A stretch of DNA of 63,821 nt, counting the filler, from Octopus bimaculoides (taxonomy: Eukaryota), in the NCBI RefSeq assembly GCF_001194135.2. It is 5 parts of 5 records of this genome, joined end to end, with 100 filler letters (N's around TTAATTAATTAA, not from the genome) between each part and the next. Parts side by side here need not be neighbours in the genome. Positions count along the whole stretch, not along the records: positions 29,557 to 40,050 come from NC_068992.1; positions 40,151 to 58,430 come from NC_068983.1; 3 more parts are not named here. One strand, given 5' to 3'. The position numbers and the translations under genes were made by a program. Under the pieces are notes generated by a model. That model did not search any database and had not been told where the DNA came from. It saw nothing but the letters and a program-made list of their open reading frames with translations. Positions within the stretch are counted from its first letter, which is position 1. Every line of letters begins with the position of its first letter. Shown here one piece after another: positions 34,101 through 47,789 of the stretch.

Positions 34101-34402
34101 NNNNNNNNNNNNNNNNNNNNNNNNNNNNNNNNNNNNNNNNNNNNNNNNNNNNNNNNNNNNNNNNNNNNNNNNNNNNNNNNNNNNNNNNNNNNNNNNNNNN
34201 NNNNNNNNNNNNNNNNNNNNNNNNNNNNNNNNNNNNNNNNNNNNNNNNNNNNNNNNNNNNNNNNNNNNNNNNNNNNNNNNNNNNNNNNNNNNNNNNNNNN
34301 NNNNNNNNNNNNNNNNNNNNNNNNNNNNNNNNNNNNNNNNNNNNNNNNNNNNNNNNNNNNNNNNNNNNNNNNNNNNNNNNNNNNNNNNNNNNNNNNNNNN
34401 NN

Positions 34403-34435
<33 letters not shown>

Positions 34436-34439
<4 letters not shown>

Positions 34440-34530
34440 GGTTGCGATGGGTAAATTGTGACCATTTTATATTTTTTTTATTTCGCCCATGCGCATTATT
34501 TGTTTTTGATTTTGCCGACAACACAGTATC
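34436..34530 (+). mobile_element. Second left-end fragment of the same maT-like family
   Basis: TAGGTTGCGATGGGTAAATTGTG...CATGCGCATT..TTGTTTTTGATTT parallels 29906-29985. Confidence 0.6.
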
Positions 34531-37039
34531 GTAGGGACAGTTACAAGGGAAAACTCACAATATAACCAAACATCATGAAGTGCATTTCGAGAAGTGATGA
34601 TGTAACTCTTCATTGTTGTGAAGCAAAGAATTGTTAGGATAAAACATTAGAGATAACGACTGTCAAACTTGGTGCATAAGAGAATCGGACATTACATTCT
34701 TAATGAACTGATACATAATGGAAGCGGCGAATGAATTAGTTTCGAAGTAAATAATGATTTCCAATTTTGGCAGCGATTTTGGTGAAAGTTGGCTTGTGGA
34801 TTACATTTACCTCACTAATTAACAGGTTTATTATTTTATGAAATTCGAATGAATGAAAGACAAAGTCGACTTCGAAGGAATTTGTACGTGATGTACTTGA
34901 TGTTACAAAGTAAATAATACACATTATATGTATCGTTTACTTTTCCTGGCTGTGTATCGCTTATCGATTTATCTTTTATTTGATGCTTCAGCCATTAGAC
35001 TACGGCCATACTGGGGCACCGCCTTGAAGAATTTTCATTCGAAAGAATCGACCCCACTTTTATTTTCAAACCTGGTACTTATTCTATCGGTATCTTTTGC
35101 CGAATCGCTACATTACTGACAGGTAAACACGTCAACACCAGTCGTCAAGCAATGGTGGGCGATAACATAGACACCGAGGCACACACTCATATACGATGAA
35201 TTGCTTTCTGTTTCAGTTAAAGAAATCCACTTTCAAGGCTTTGGCCGTCATAGCGCAATAGTAGAAGACTACTGCCCAACGTGCCACGCAGTTCACTTAG
35301 TTACATGTGTGTGTGTGTGCGTGTGTATGTGTGTGTATGTGTTTGTGTGTGTGTGGGGGGGGGGGCATATATATATATTTAACTGAATAGCTACCTTCAA
35401 CAGAAATAAATAATGACAGACTATATTCTACATTCTCTCTCTAAATCATAAAGCAATCTTTTCTTTCTATGAATTTCAGTTCATCTCATTACAGCGACCT
35501 CTTTGATAATTCCAAACAACTGTATCAAGAATAAATATGAAAACAATAAATATGAAAACAATTGACTGATAGAGGAAGCGTCATAGCTCTTTGCCGCATA
35601 GTTGTATACTCTATAGGTCCGTGTACTAATATCAAATACTGTTGAGAACTTACTATATAACATAATAAAATACAACATAAAATAAATAACACAACATGAC
35701 AATATACACATATCCATAAATATATATATGCATATACACATCTTTTCTACTGTAAGTACAAGGCCCGAAATTTTGGGGGAGGGGGCCAGTTGATTAGTTC
35801 CACTCCAGAACGTAACTGGTACTTAATTTGTCGACCCCGAAAGGATGAAAGGCAAAGTCGACCTCGGTTGAATTTGAACTCAAAACTTAAAAACAGAAGA
35901 AATACCGCTAAGCATTTCATCCGGCGCGCTAACGTTTCTGCCAAATAATATCTATATGTATATGTGTATATCCAGATATATATGTATCTAAATATAGAAT
36001 TTATACACACATGGACATATATATATATATATACGTGTATATGCGTGTGCGTGTGTGTGAGTGTGTATGTGCATCTACATGTTATTTGTTGTAATGTTGT
36101 AGTGTATAGGTGTATCTCTGTGTGCTTTTAAATGTTTATATGTCTATAAATGCATTCTGAATTTAAAAGAAAAAGGTAATAAACTGTATAGTAAGCATGT
36201 GTGGAGAAACTAAAGAGGAAAGACAAGGAAAAAGAAATTCATACAACACTTCGGTGTTTGTTTCGCTTTGATCGTAGAATCGTCATAATTTAAGACATCT
36301 CATTAGACTTGGCTACAGACATGCCCTACTTCTGAAGATATCGCAAAACACCAATCATCCAATCGCAATTACAACGTAACCCAAATCCTCGACGTATTAT
36401 TGAGAACTACTTTCGAAGACATACAAGAATATTCAGAAACGACTTCACCAAATTGTAAACGAAGGAAAGATAAACCATACGGTTTAACCATTACATTGCA
36501 TAAATAGTTTATGATCAGATGAGCTGTTGGTATTTAGTTATGCATTAAACTTCCTACAATGCACAAGCTTGCATACAGACACACATAATTGCCTACTTAC
36601 ATTCAAACTTACATGCAAATATATATACATAGTGTACATTTTTTTTCTTGGTTCAGATAGTTGCCTGCGGCCATGCTTGAGCATCGCCTTCAATGGTTTT
36701 AGTCGAACAAAACGACCAGGGACTTGTTTTCTTTTAAACCTAGTACTTATGCTAACGGTCTCCTTTGCAGAAACTATGTTGTTATGAGGAAGTAAACATA
36801 CCAACACCAGTTCTCTAGTAGTAGGGGGAGCACAAACACAGACACAAAGACACACACGCACACACACACATAAATATATGCACAACGGGTTTCTTTCAGT
36901 TCCCGTCTACCAAATCTACTTCCAAGGCTTTGGTAGGTACGAGGCTGTAGTAGAAGACGTTTACCCAAAGTACTCCGTCGTGGGACTGAACACGGAACTA
37001 TGTGGTTGGAATGCAAGGTTCTTACAAAACAGGCATGCC

Positions 37040-37122
<83 letters not shown>

Positions 37123-38580
37123 TTATATACATATATATATATATATAAATATATATATATACATATATATATATACATATATGTATATAAATATATATAT
37201 TTATATACATATATATATATATATANNNNNNNNNNNNNNNNNNNNNNNNNNNNNNNNNNNNNNNNNNNNNNNNNNNNNNNNNNNNNNNNNNNNNNNNNNN
37301 NNNNNNNNNNNNNNNNNNNNNNNNNNNNNNNNNNNNNNNNNNNNNNNNNNNNNNNNNNNNNNNNNNNNNNNNNNNNNNNNNNNNNNNNNNNNNNNNNNNN
37401 NNNNNNNNNNNNNNNNNNNNNNNNNNNNNNNNNNNNNNNNNNNNNNNNNNNNNNNNNNNNNNNNNNNNNNNNNNNNNNNNNNNNNNNNNNNNNNNNNNNN
37501 NNNNNNNNNNNNNNNNNNNNNNNNNNNNNNNNNNNNNNNNNNNNNNNNNNNNNNNNNNNNNNNNNNNNNNNNNNNNNNNNNNNNNNNNNNNNNNNNNNNN
37601 NNNNNNNNNNNNNNNNNNNNNNNNNNNNNNNNNNNNNNNNNNNNNNNNNNNNNNNNNNNNNNNNNNNNNNNNNNNNNNNNNNNNNNNNNNNNNNNNNNNN
37701 NNNNNNNNNNNNNNNNNNNNNNNNNNNNNNNNNNNNNNNNNNNNNNNNNNNNNNNNNNNNNNNNNNNNNNNNNNNNNNNNNNNNNNNNNNNNNNNNNNNN
37801 NNNNNNNNNNNNNNNNNNNNNNNNNNNNNNNNNNNNNNNNNNNNNNNNNNNNNNNNNNNNNNNNNNNNNNNNNNNNNNNNNNNNNNNNNNNNNNNNNNNN
37901 NNNNNNNNNNNNNNNNNNNNNNNNNNNNNNNNNNNNNNNNNNNNNNNNNNNNNNNNNNNNNNNNNNNNNNNNNNNNNNNNNNNNNNNNNNNNNNNNNNNN
38001 NNNNNNNNNNNNNNNNNNNNNNNNNNNNNNNNNNCCATCCACGCATCCTCGCATACTCACACCCCAACACCGCCACACCACACCACACATAACTACACCA
38101 CATCATGCCACACCAAACCACACCACCACATCACACCACATCGCACACACGAGCACTGACCACTTCCCGGCACCCACATCATCATCAACACACACCAAAA
38201 AAATTTGTGTGCAATTATGTATGATTCATGATAAATATAGGCACTGGCGTAGCTTTGTGGTAAGAAGCTAGCTTCCCACCCACATTGTTCCTGGTTCATC
38301 CTCACTGCGTGGCAGGTTGTGAATATCAGATTCATACAATTATTGCAGCGATTCTTCAGCTTTTCTATGACTTGAAACTCTACTCGAATGGTTTGTCCCC
38401 AAACTAGGTCTTTCGCTAAACCATTTATGACAGCAACTTTCCAGCACCGAAATCGTAATGTTTTCCTTCAGCTAAATGCGAAATATCAGTCGAAATAGTT
38501 TGATGATTCACATGAAACAAAAGTCATCAATCTTTTTTCATTAACTTCCATATTCTACAGTTTATATTACATACACACAA

Positions 38581-38618
<38 letters not shown>

Positions 38619-39352
38619 TACCAATCATTTAAATAATTTATTTCCAAGCGGTAAGACGGACGGAGAAATGTATGGCACTTTATGGCCTCATCTGCCTGTA
38701 TAAAGGTGTTCATTTTCATTTTATTATTCTAATATATTTGATCAAAGTAAAGATATCATAAAACGCGAAACACAAAAGTCATTATATGATTACACATACC
38801 GAGAAAATTAAGATTAATAGGAGAATATCAGATAAATTATATAAATGAACTGTTATGGTAATGATTATTACAGGAATAAATTCATAGAAATTATAATAAA
38901 CATAATTATAGTGTACATAACTGTTAACAGAGGATTCAATGAAAGTAAAAACTAAGCTAACGCATAATAATATTTGTACATACATACATATACACATATA
39001 TAAGTATATACACACACACAAACATATATATGCATATATATATATATATATANNNNNNNNNNNNNNNNNNNNNNNNNNNNNNNNNNNNNNNNNNNNNNNN
39101 NNNNNNNNNNNNNNNNNNNNNNNNNNNNNNNNNNNNNNNNNNNNNNNNNNNNNNNNNNNNNNNNNNNNNNNNNNNNNNNNNNNNNNNNNNNNNNNNNNNN
39201 NNNNNNNNNNNNNNNNNNNNNNNNNNNNNNNNNNNNNNNNNTATATATACACACACAAACATGTATATGTCTATATATATATAAATATGTGTGTGTTTGT
39301 GTACATTTGCATGCGTGCAAACACGGCCATATATATGTATATATATATATAT

Positions 39353-39413
<61 letters not shown>

Positions 39414-39989
39414 GTTGAGAAAAGATTAGAGATCTATACAAATCAAATGTTTATATATGAAAGATGTAGGTGAAAATATCACAGAAGTTGTTGGCACTCC
39501 GTCGCTTACGACGTCGAGGGTTCCAGTTGATCCGATCAACGGAACATCCTGCTTGTGAAATTAACGTGCAAGTGGCTGAGCACTCCACAGACACGTGTAC
39601 CCTTAACGTAGTTCTCGGGGATATTCAGCGTGACACAGCGTGACAAAGCTGACCCTTTGAATTACAGGTAGAACGGAAACAGGAAGTAAGAGTGACAGAA
39701 AGTTGTGGTGGAAGAGTACAGCACGTTCGCCACCATCCCCTGCGGGAACCTCGTGGAACTTTAGGTGTTTTCGCTCAATAAACACTCACAATGTCTTCCA
39801 CAGCACAGAAGTAAGCCTCAGACATATCATCATCAAGTAGCTTGCTTACCAACCACATGGTTCCGGGTTCTGTCCAACTGCGTGGTACCTGTCTTCCACT
39901 TTAGCCTAAGGCTGACCAAAGCCTTCTAAGTGGATTTGGGAGACAGAAACTCAAACAAGCCCGTTGCATATATGTTTATGTGTGTGTGT

Positions 39990-40050
<61 letters not shown>

Positions 40051-40144
40051 NNNNNNNNNNNNNNNNNNNNNNNNNNNNNNNNNNNNNNNNNNNNTTAATT
40101 AATTAANNNNNNNNNNNNNNNNNNNNNNNNNNNNNNNNNNNNNN

Positions 40145-41145
40145 NNNNNNATACTAGAGCTGTGAAATCTTGCATGAATTAATTCCAACTCTACTTATTA
40201 ATAACTACATTGTTTTTGTTTGTTTGTTTGTCTTTTTCAGGCAAACCGACATCTGATTTTTCAAAGAAGACTTCAAAAGTAACTAGAAGTGACTTCTCTT
40301 GAAAATGGACAAAATTGGCTATCGTGGTGTCATAAATACCTACAGAAAAGGGGCTTAGCTCCAAAAAATGTCTTGCTGGCATGGTTGCTGCATTAGAGGA
40401 TGACATTCCAGCATATCAGTAGTGGGCAGCTGAACTTAGCAGGGCAAGTGAGAGTCTTGAAGATAACCCAAGATCCAGATGTCATGCAACTGCCACCACC
40501 GAGGAAAACAATGATAGTAGTCACCACATGGTGAATATATAAATCAAATAGCGAATTCTATTAACATATCCCGCGAGGGAGTTGAGAACATTTTGTACAA
40601 TGTAACTTGATATGACGTAAGTTTCTGCTCGGTGGGTACCACGTCTTTTGACACCTGATCAGAAACACAGATCGCTAATCACATCACGGGAAAATCTGAG
40701 ATTATTTCAGACACACCCAGGTAATTTTCTCGATCGTATTCTAACCTAGGATGAGAGTTGGATTCATCAATTTGAACCAGAGATAAAGAAACAATCGATG
40801 CAGCGAGTAACAGAGTCAGTTTTGGGGGATGCGAAAGGCATTGTGCTCATTGGTTATCTTCAAAAGAGCCACACCATCAATAGAGAGTGCTGTGCCAACT
40901 TGCTGGGGCAGTTACGAAAACCCGGGGAAACTGACGAACAGGATCTTGTTTCGTCAGAACAATACTGCAACTCACAAGTCCTTCGCTTTAATGGCTGCTG
41001 TACGTCATTGTGACTTTCAACTGACTGATAACCTTCCCTGTCCTCCTGATTTGGCTCCATCTGACTCTCATTTGTTCTGCAACATGAAAAAACACTTGGC
41101 TGGGAAGCAGTATCGCAGTGATGATGAGGCCATGTCTTGTCCATA
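40145..41145 (+). mobile_element. Mariner (DD34D) transposon, decayed
   Basis: ATG at 40305, then signature motifs WVPRLLTPDQK, T*DESWIHQFEP, WGDAKG and (Y)PPDLAPSDSHLF; frameshifts and stops present. Confidence 0.88.
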
Positions 41146-41234
41146 TTCAGATTTAACCTTTCCTATCAAGTAGTTGTATTATACGCACTTCCAGGTTTGC
41201 GTTTGGGAATCTGTCGTATGTGAATAGATATCTG

Positions 41235-41796
41235 AAAAAATTGGAGTCAACAAGGTGTATGGTTAGACATTTATTTTTTAATCACTACAATTGTTTCCAA
41301 GCAACGTAGTTCTCCAGACGTGCAGGTACTTGATTATGCAACTGTTACCCAACATTATGAGATCTAGTTGTGTTTCCTTTAGGTGATATGTAAATTCAGT
41401 AGTAGTCACTGAGAGATATGTAAATTAAGGTAGTAGTCACTGAGCTTATCAGGGTGTGTTGTTGATGAAGGGCCTTCAAGATGTTTTGTTGATGAAGGGC
41501 CTTCAGTGTGTGTTGTTGCTGAAGGGGCTACAGGAACAACACACCCTGATAAACTCAGTGACTACTACAAAACTCAGGCCACGACGGACAGAGAGGGTGT
41601 TCTTGAAGCCGATGATTTTGAACTTACGGAGACAATATTTACATATCGCCTGAGGAAACACAACTAGATCTCATAATGCAGGAAACAGTTGCATAATCAA
41701 GTAACTGCACGCCTGAGAACTACGTTGCGTGGAAACAATCGTAGTGACTAAAAAATAAATGTCCAACCGTATTCCTGCTTGCTGACTCCAATTTTC
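41235..41796. mobile_element. Foldback/MITE-like element with nested inverted repeats
   Basis: Outer arms about 41235-41397 and 41634-41796; inner arms 41430-41463 and 41535-41568 (33/34 match); central short direct repeats GTTGATGAAGGGCCTTCA. Confidence 0.75.
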
Positions 41797-42169
41797 AATT
41801 ATATACATATATATAATACAGAGATGTACTTGCATAGCAAATGACTTGATCTGAGATCGTGTGCTGGAACAAGAACAATTACATTTAAAAACACAAAAAC
41901 CTTTAGATTCACTTCAACATTTAAATTTAATTTGCTAAAACATTTTCGGCGTTTGAATTCGTGAATTGTTCACTGACAAAATTCTGCAGAACTACGTTGC
42001 GTAGAAACAATTGTAGTGATTAAAAAGTAAATGTCTAATCATACTCCTTCTTGTTGATGCAGCACGGAGTTTTGTCAGTGAACAGGTCGCAGTTTCAAAG
42101 GAAATATTTTGGCACATTAAATTTAAACGTTAAATGGCTTATAAATACCTTCCACACTGCAATTGTATC

Positions 42170-42212
<43 letters not shown>

Positions 42213-43729
42213 GTATTTGCGTGTGTAAGAATGAAACTGAAGAGGATTTTTGATATATGTGTGAAATCTAATCCTCCACTTGTATCCTTGATAGCAAATA
42301 ATGCATATAAATAGGGTAGTGATTCTTTTATGGATGTCGCCAGTAAATTTTCTATGAGAAGACATAACTTGCTATTGCTAGATTTTTCTGTACAGCATTT
42401 ATAAAGATTTTATTTATACGCTTCTTATCCCTATGGTACAGTAATGTCAGCAAGATTGATTTCAGGTTTAGCTTGCACAAATCCTTGTATTGCACTTGCA
42501 AGTGACCTTTACTTCTTGATCGAGATGCCAATTCGCCATATTTCAAGTCATTACGATTATCATCAACGTCATTAAGATTGCCACATTGACGTTTTAATGG
42601 CATCAAAATCTTTATTGACACAGGAAAGCGAACGGCAAAAAGATGCCTGTCCATATTATAGATTCACACCAGCAATTTGAGGCTGAAGATTCTACATAAA
42701 CAGTACATATAAAAGGTGTGAAGTTTATGTTCTTGTTGAGAGTATGTTGTCCACGTTTCTTTGCCTTACAAAAGTCTGCTGAGAACTTGACATTGGCAGA
42801 TCTTCTCAGCTGTTTCTGCGGATACTTCCATAGTCTTGATAGAGTAGTAACTACTTTACTAATGGGCTTCTAGAATTCTCTACCTAGGAACGGGCTGTCA
42901 GTAACAGCAGATCCAACATGCTGAAAGTCATGTTTTATCACAATCAAAAGGAGCTGGTGTTCCTTGTCAAATGGTTTTGGTTTTCTTGCGATTGTTTGTG
43001 TGACTTAATATGTTGGAAGCTCCTCAAGAATCTGTCACAAAGTTTTGCAAGCATTTTGCAGGAAATCTAGCAACAGCATCAGTAAACAGTATGTAACCCT
43101 TCTTATCGTAGATTTCATTTTAGATTTCATGTTTTAGGTAAAAAATAATGACTCGAATATGTGTTTTAAAACGGAGCAAAGGAGATGCCAAAAAGCTCCT
43201 AGGTGAGTATACATTCCTGTTAAGCGTTCGCTCCTTACTCTGATCACCTTGAATATAGAACAGTATTCATTTTATGTTAGGTTCATAAAGAGTAAATACT
43301 GCTGCTGATTCTATTCTCAGCTCTTAAAAAATCCAAAAACAAACTAGTACAGTGAAAATAGCACACCATTCGTAGACCTTTTGACGCAGAGGGCACATTA
43401 GAACTCAGACCCAGGATATATTTGATAGTTTCTCAAAATTTTGCAAACCTATTCGGAAAGAAATTTTATCGACGATATGCTTTGCAATCACATTTGGCGT
43501 CTTTATTCCTAGCACGACAATGTTGATATTATAGCAAGTCAAAACCGCATCTTTTTCTCAATACTGACTGAGGTTTATGTAGGGTCTTCAAGTGCTCACT
43601 CTGCACTCACCTGCCCTGCCTTTAATTGTGTGCTCTTCTCAACTTCCACCCAATATGTTTTCAATGGTTCATTTTATACACTTTCAGCGTAATTCGCTTA
43701 GACCTCACTTCCCTACACACCTTCCTTCT

Positions 43730-45815
43730 AATGACACCCTAATTTGCATAATCTTTTAGTCCGTAACAATTCTATCCCTCTTAACAATGCAGACGTCACA
43801 CCTCTTGTATTATTGTCACATTCAAACTCAGTTTGCGACACGTTAATAATACATATAAAGCAAGCTGATGTAGCTATATGCACAATATATCGTCCGCCCA
43901 ATACCACAAAATATGATAGAAAATTTGAGGATAGCCTCAAACACATTGAAGAGGTATTAACAACCTAGATTAGAACATCAACATATTTTTCCTGGGTGAT
44001 TTCAACCTCCCACATGTCAAATGGCCAGAAGGCCACATCCTCTGTGGGATGTCACTGCATGAACAAAAGCATGTAGAGTTATTATTTGAACTTACTAATA
44101 AGCTGTTCATGGAGCACGTGATACTCAGGTCAACCAAGGGGAACAACATATTGGACCTATGCTTCTCAAATAATGTGGAGCTTATCCATAATGTGAAGGT
44201 GATACCAACGGCACTCTCAGATCACAAGATTGTTTAACTAACCATGTATTTACCCTATCAGGAGGACTCGAGACTTATCCAACCTGAATTTCCATAAGGC
44301 AAAATGGGAATAAATCCGCAAAGAGATCCACAGACGAAACTGGTCCCACATTCTATGTATGAAAGACACTGATCTGAAACTCAGCCAGTTTATTTCAACA
44401 GTACAAGCTATATGCACTAAATATATCCCAGAATGAAAGGCCAACATACTGTCAAACAAGATTCCCAGGGACAGAAAAATCCTCATGAAACGTAGGATAA
44501 AAATCTCAAAGCGGCTGAATAGGCAACTGAAGGATAGAGAGAAGTCTGTCTTAACAGGGACGCTACTAGAAATTGAAAGCAAGATCAAACTCTCTCATGA
44601 AAGGGAAAGAGCAGGGAGAGAAAGAGAGGGAGAAGGACAATGGGAAGCATAAAAACAAATCCCAAAGCTTTCTATAAATTCGCAAAGGAAACAGCTACAA
44701 TACAATATAAAATAGGACCATTGTTCCAAGGAAATGACTCACTGACAGCAGACCAAGGAAGGATAAGTGAGATACTCAGTGAACAATTTAAAAATGTCTT
44801 CACTTCCCCGCTTGGACACATGCAGATAAAAATCCAGCTGAATCCTCTGATATTGCAGCTCTACAACAGGAAGTGCCAGCCATCGATTACATCAACATTG
44901 ACGAAACAGATGTAACAGCGGCCATAGAAGAAATGAGCTCATGCTCCACCACTGGTCCTGATGGCTTCCCAGCTATTCTCCTAAAGTCATGTAAGCAGGC
45001 TCTAACGAAACCACTTCAGATACTTTTCCAAAGTTTCCTTGCAAGTGGTATACTTCCTAAAAAGCTGAAAGAAGTCATTACATGCCCTATAAACAAAGGT
45101 GGAAGCAGAGTAGAGGCCAAAAACTACAGGCCAATCTCTCTGATTTCGCATATCAGTAAAGTCATGGAGCGAATCATCAGAAAGAAGTTGAAATATTCCT
45201 AGAAGAAAATGACCTACTGAACAATACTCTGCATGGCTTCGACCAAGAAGAAGCTGCCTGCCTCACACACCTCCTACAGCACTATTACTGGGTTCTGAAG
45301 CAGCTGCTTAACCATTTATACTTTGCAATAAGGTAGATCATGGCATGATAAGTCATAAGCCACGAGACTTTGGCATCGCTGGCAAACTAGGAGAGTGGCT
45401 GCATGACTTCCTAAAATACAGAAGTCAGGTAATTGCAGCCAATGGCGTCCTTTCTGAAGAAACTCAAATCCTAAGTGGTGTCCCCGAGTGAACTGTTTTG
45501 GGGCCATTACTTTTCATAATAACCCTCTTAAACATGCCCACAGTCACTCAGACAGCCATTATCACTAGTTATGCCGATGATACAAAATTATTACAGGCAA
45601 TAAAAAAAACAAGAAGATGTCACAAGCTTACGGCGGGATCTAAACTCAATATACAAGTGGGCCGAAATAAACAGCATACAGTTTAATGCCGGAAAATTTC
45701 AAGTACTGCACTATCAACTCAGCACAAATACAGTACAATCTACATTTATATGACCCGAAGGCACTACAATCCCAGAGTCACAGGCAGTGAAAGACTTGGA
45801 GATCAGTATTTGGAC
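43730..45815 (+). mobile_element. CR1-type (Jockey superfamily) LINE ORF2 remnant: APE endonuclease + reverse transcriptase, decayed
   Basis: Ordered motifs YRPP, GDFNLP (43995), NILDLCFSN, SDH, NPKAFYKF, GPDG, NYRPISL (45122), HGFR, SGVP...LGPLLF, YADD (45570), FNAGKFQVL, VKDL. Confidence 0.92.
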
Positions 45816-45829
45816 GATAATTCAACTGC

Positions 45830-46500
45830 TTGTTCCAGTCCTGTACAACAAACTCGATGAAATAAGCCTAACAACAGATATAGGAATCAGGATGTCCTCT
45901 GGTGCATCCAATATAACTGGAAAACTTTTTGCTGCTTTGGACAAATGTTTTCCTAAATCCAATTGGTATCATCCTATTTTTGATAGACACACCGTGAAGG
46001 TTTCTTTCGCCAGCTCTGCTAATTTAGAGCAGCTTATGCATCGCATAAACAATAACTTAATGCGGCAAAGTTTCACTAGCCCACCTACCGAATCTAGCGA
46101 ACATTTGCGTCTAAATACCAACCAAGGAGATGTAAACCGCATTGATAAACACCAATTTGTAGTAATAGAAATACTTATGATATAGCTAACACGGTAACAA
46201 CGTCGGTAAATGGAGTCGGGACTGCCTTATATACAAATAAATACGATAAATGTTCATGCAGAGAAAAATCAAAATGTCCTTTGATTAATCTCTGTATGAG
46301 TACAAATCTTGTATATAAATATACCATGCACACAAGGGGAGGGCCTTATGTTTACATTGGGCAGACGGCTGATTCATTTAAGAATCGTTACCGTAACCAT
46401 GTTGCCAGGTTTAAGACAATCAATAATAGACATTCAACATCTTATGCATACGCAAACTTTCCTCTGAAGTGCGCACAACTTTGATAGGGAACGCTCATCA
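45830..46500 (+). mobile_element. Penelope-like element C-terminal / GIY-YIG endonuclease remnant
   Basis: DKCFPKSNWYHPIFDRHTVKVSF, then CPL..LC...NLVYKY (46305) ... YIGQT (46353) ... FKNRYRNH...RHST. Confidence 0.8.
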
Positions 46501-47789
46501 ATTTTCACCAGCTGAAAATTATCCTCAGTAATTAGCGGTTTTCCATGATTTAAAATATCCTTATCAAGTTAATGCTGGCCTAATTGTTTTAGCGTAGCGG
46601 AGTTTTCAACGTTAGAAGCATTGGTGTTGATTACTCTTCTGATATTAATATTTAATATACCAGTTCCAACAAGATTATGTTTAATGTTGAGTGTCTAATT
46701 ATGAAGTCCTAAAAACACATTTTAATATCTATCAAATTGGCGAAGATGACACGTCAGTAAATCACTGGAAAAAAATTCTGGCTTTATGATTGATCAATAT
46801 TTTGATAATTATATATATATATATATATATATNNNNNNNNNNNNNNNNNNNNNNNNNNNNNNNNNNNNNNNNNNGTATGTGTTATGTGTATAAAGTTAAA
46901 ACTAACTTTTTCGCTTAGTTTTCGCTAAATTTCTGCTCATTTTAAATGATAAAAAGATGGCTGACATAAATATATAAATATCTCTTAAAATATATTGTGA
47001 TATATAGTTTAAAGAAATTACAACGTTCAGAATCTGAAGTGTAAACAGTTTATGATATAATATACACGTGAAATGCGAAATAGCTTGAAAACGCCGATAA
47101 ACGGTACACACACTCATGCACATACATACATACATACATACATACAACTGCGTCATAATCAGCCAAGGGTTAAACTCAGAGAAGAATGCTATTTTTGAAA
47201 TTTAAAATATATCTAACCATTACACGTGGAATGGTTAGATGAATATAACTATTTTACTACGTGAATTTAACTATTTTACCATGTCGACATGGGTGAAATT
47301 AATAACACTACCGAAGAAAAAAGTACCACAACACCAGTAATCTATTCAGGAAGACTTTAGTATTCGTCCCATTTTACTTGGACCTCTACATTTAAACCAA
47401 GATCTACTTCGATATCATAAAAGAACCCGTGAAGACCTATCTAGTCGAATTTGGTTTGAATAATGCTACGTTGATAACTAAAAAACTGTTCTGCTATTTA
47501 TAATTAAAGACATAAAGCAGTTAGTTATTTAGGCTTGAGGGGTCGGCATAGATGTCAAATAATGTTCAAGAATAAGTTTAAACTGTCCTCAAAGCCTGCA
47601 AGTCTAATGTTGGCGCAACATGTATGATTTTTCTCTGAGTTTCCTTTAAGTTCTTTTTAAAATAGTTTAAGCCGGTCGCTAACAAAGCGACAAGACTTTT
47701 TAAGTTGTGAGAGTTTCCGGTGTTTGTAAATATGTGGTTGAGTTGGTGTGCTGGTTGAACTGCCGATACATACACCCAAGTATAAGAAT

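Noticed and set aside
36330-36500. + strand peptide NYNVTQILDVLLR, reminiscent of a Cys-loop receptor N-terminal helix
   Set aside because: No following YD.R.RP motif, no splice sites and no other receptor exons; treated as chance similarity.
38335-38475. Minus-strand open stretch KVAVINGLAKDLVWGQTIRVEFQVIEKLK between possible splice sites
   Set aside because: The best acceptor gives stops or an unrecognisable frame, and there is no similarity to the GGT N-terminus that I can support.
41456-41530. Three GTTGATGAAGGG direct repeats as a CRISPR-like array
   Set aside because: The units are too short, the spacers are only about 10 nt, the context is eukaryotic and there are no cas genes; they form the core of a foldback element.
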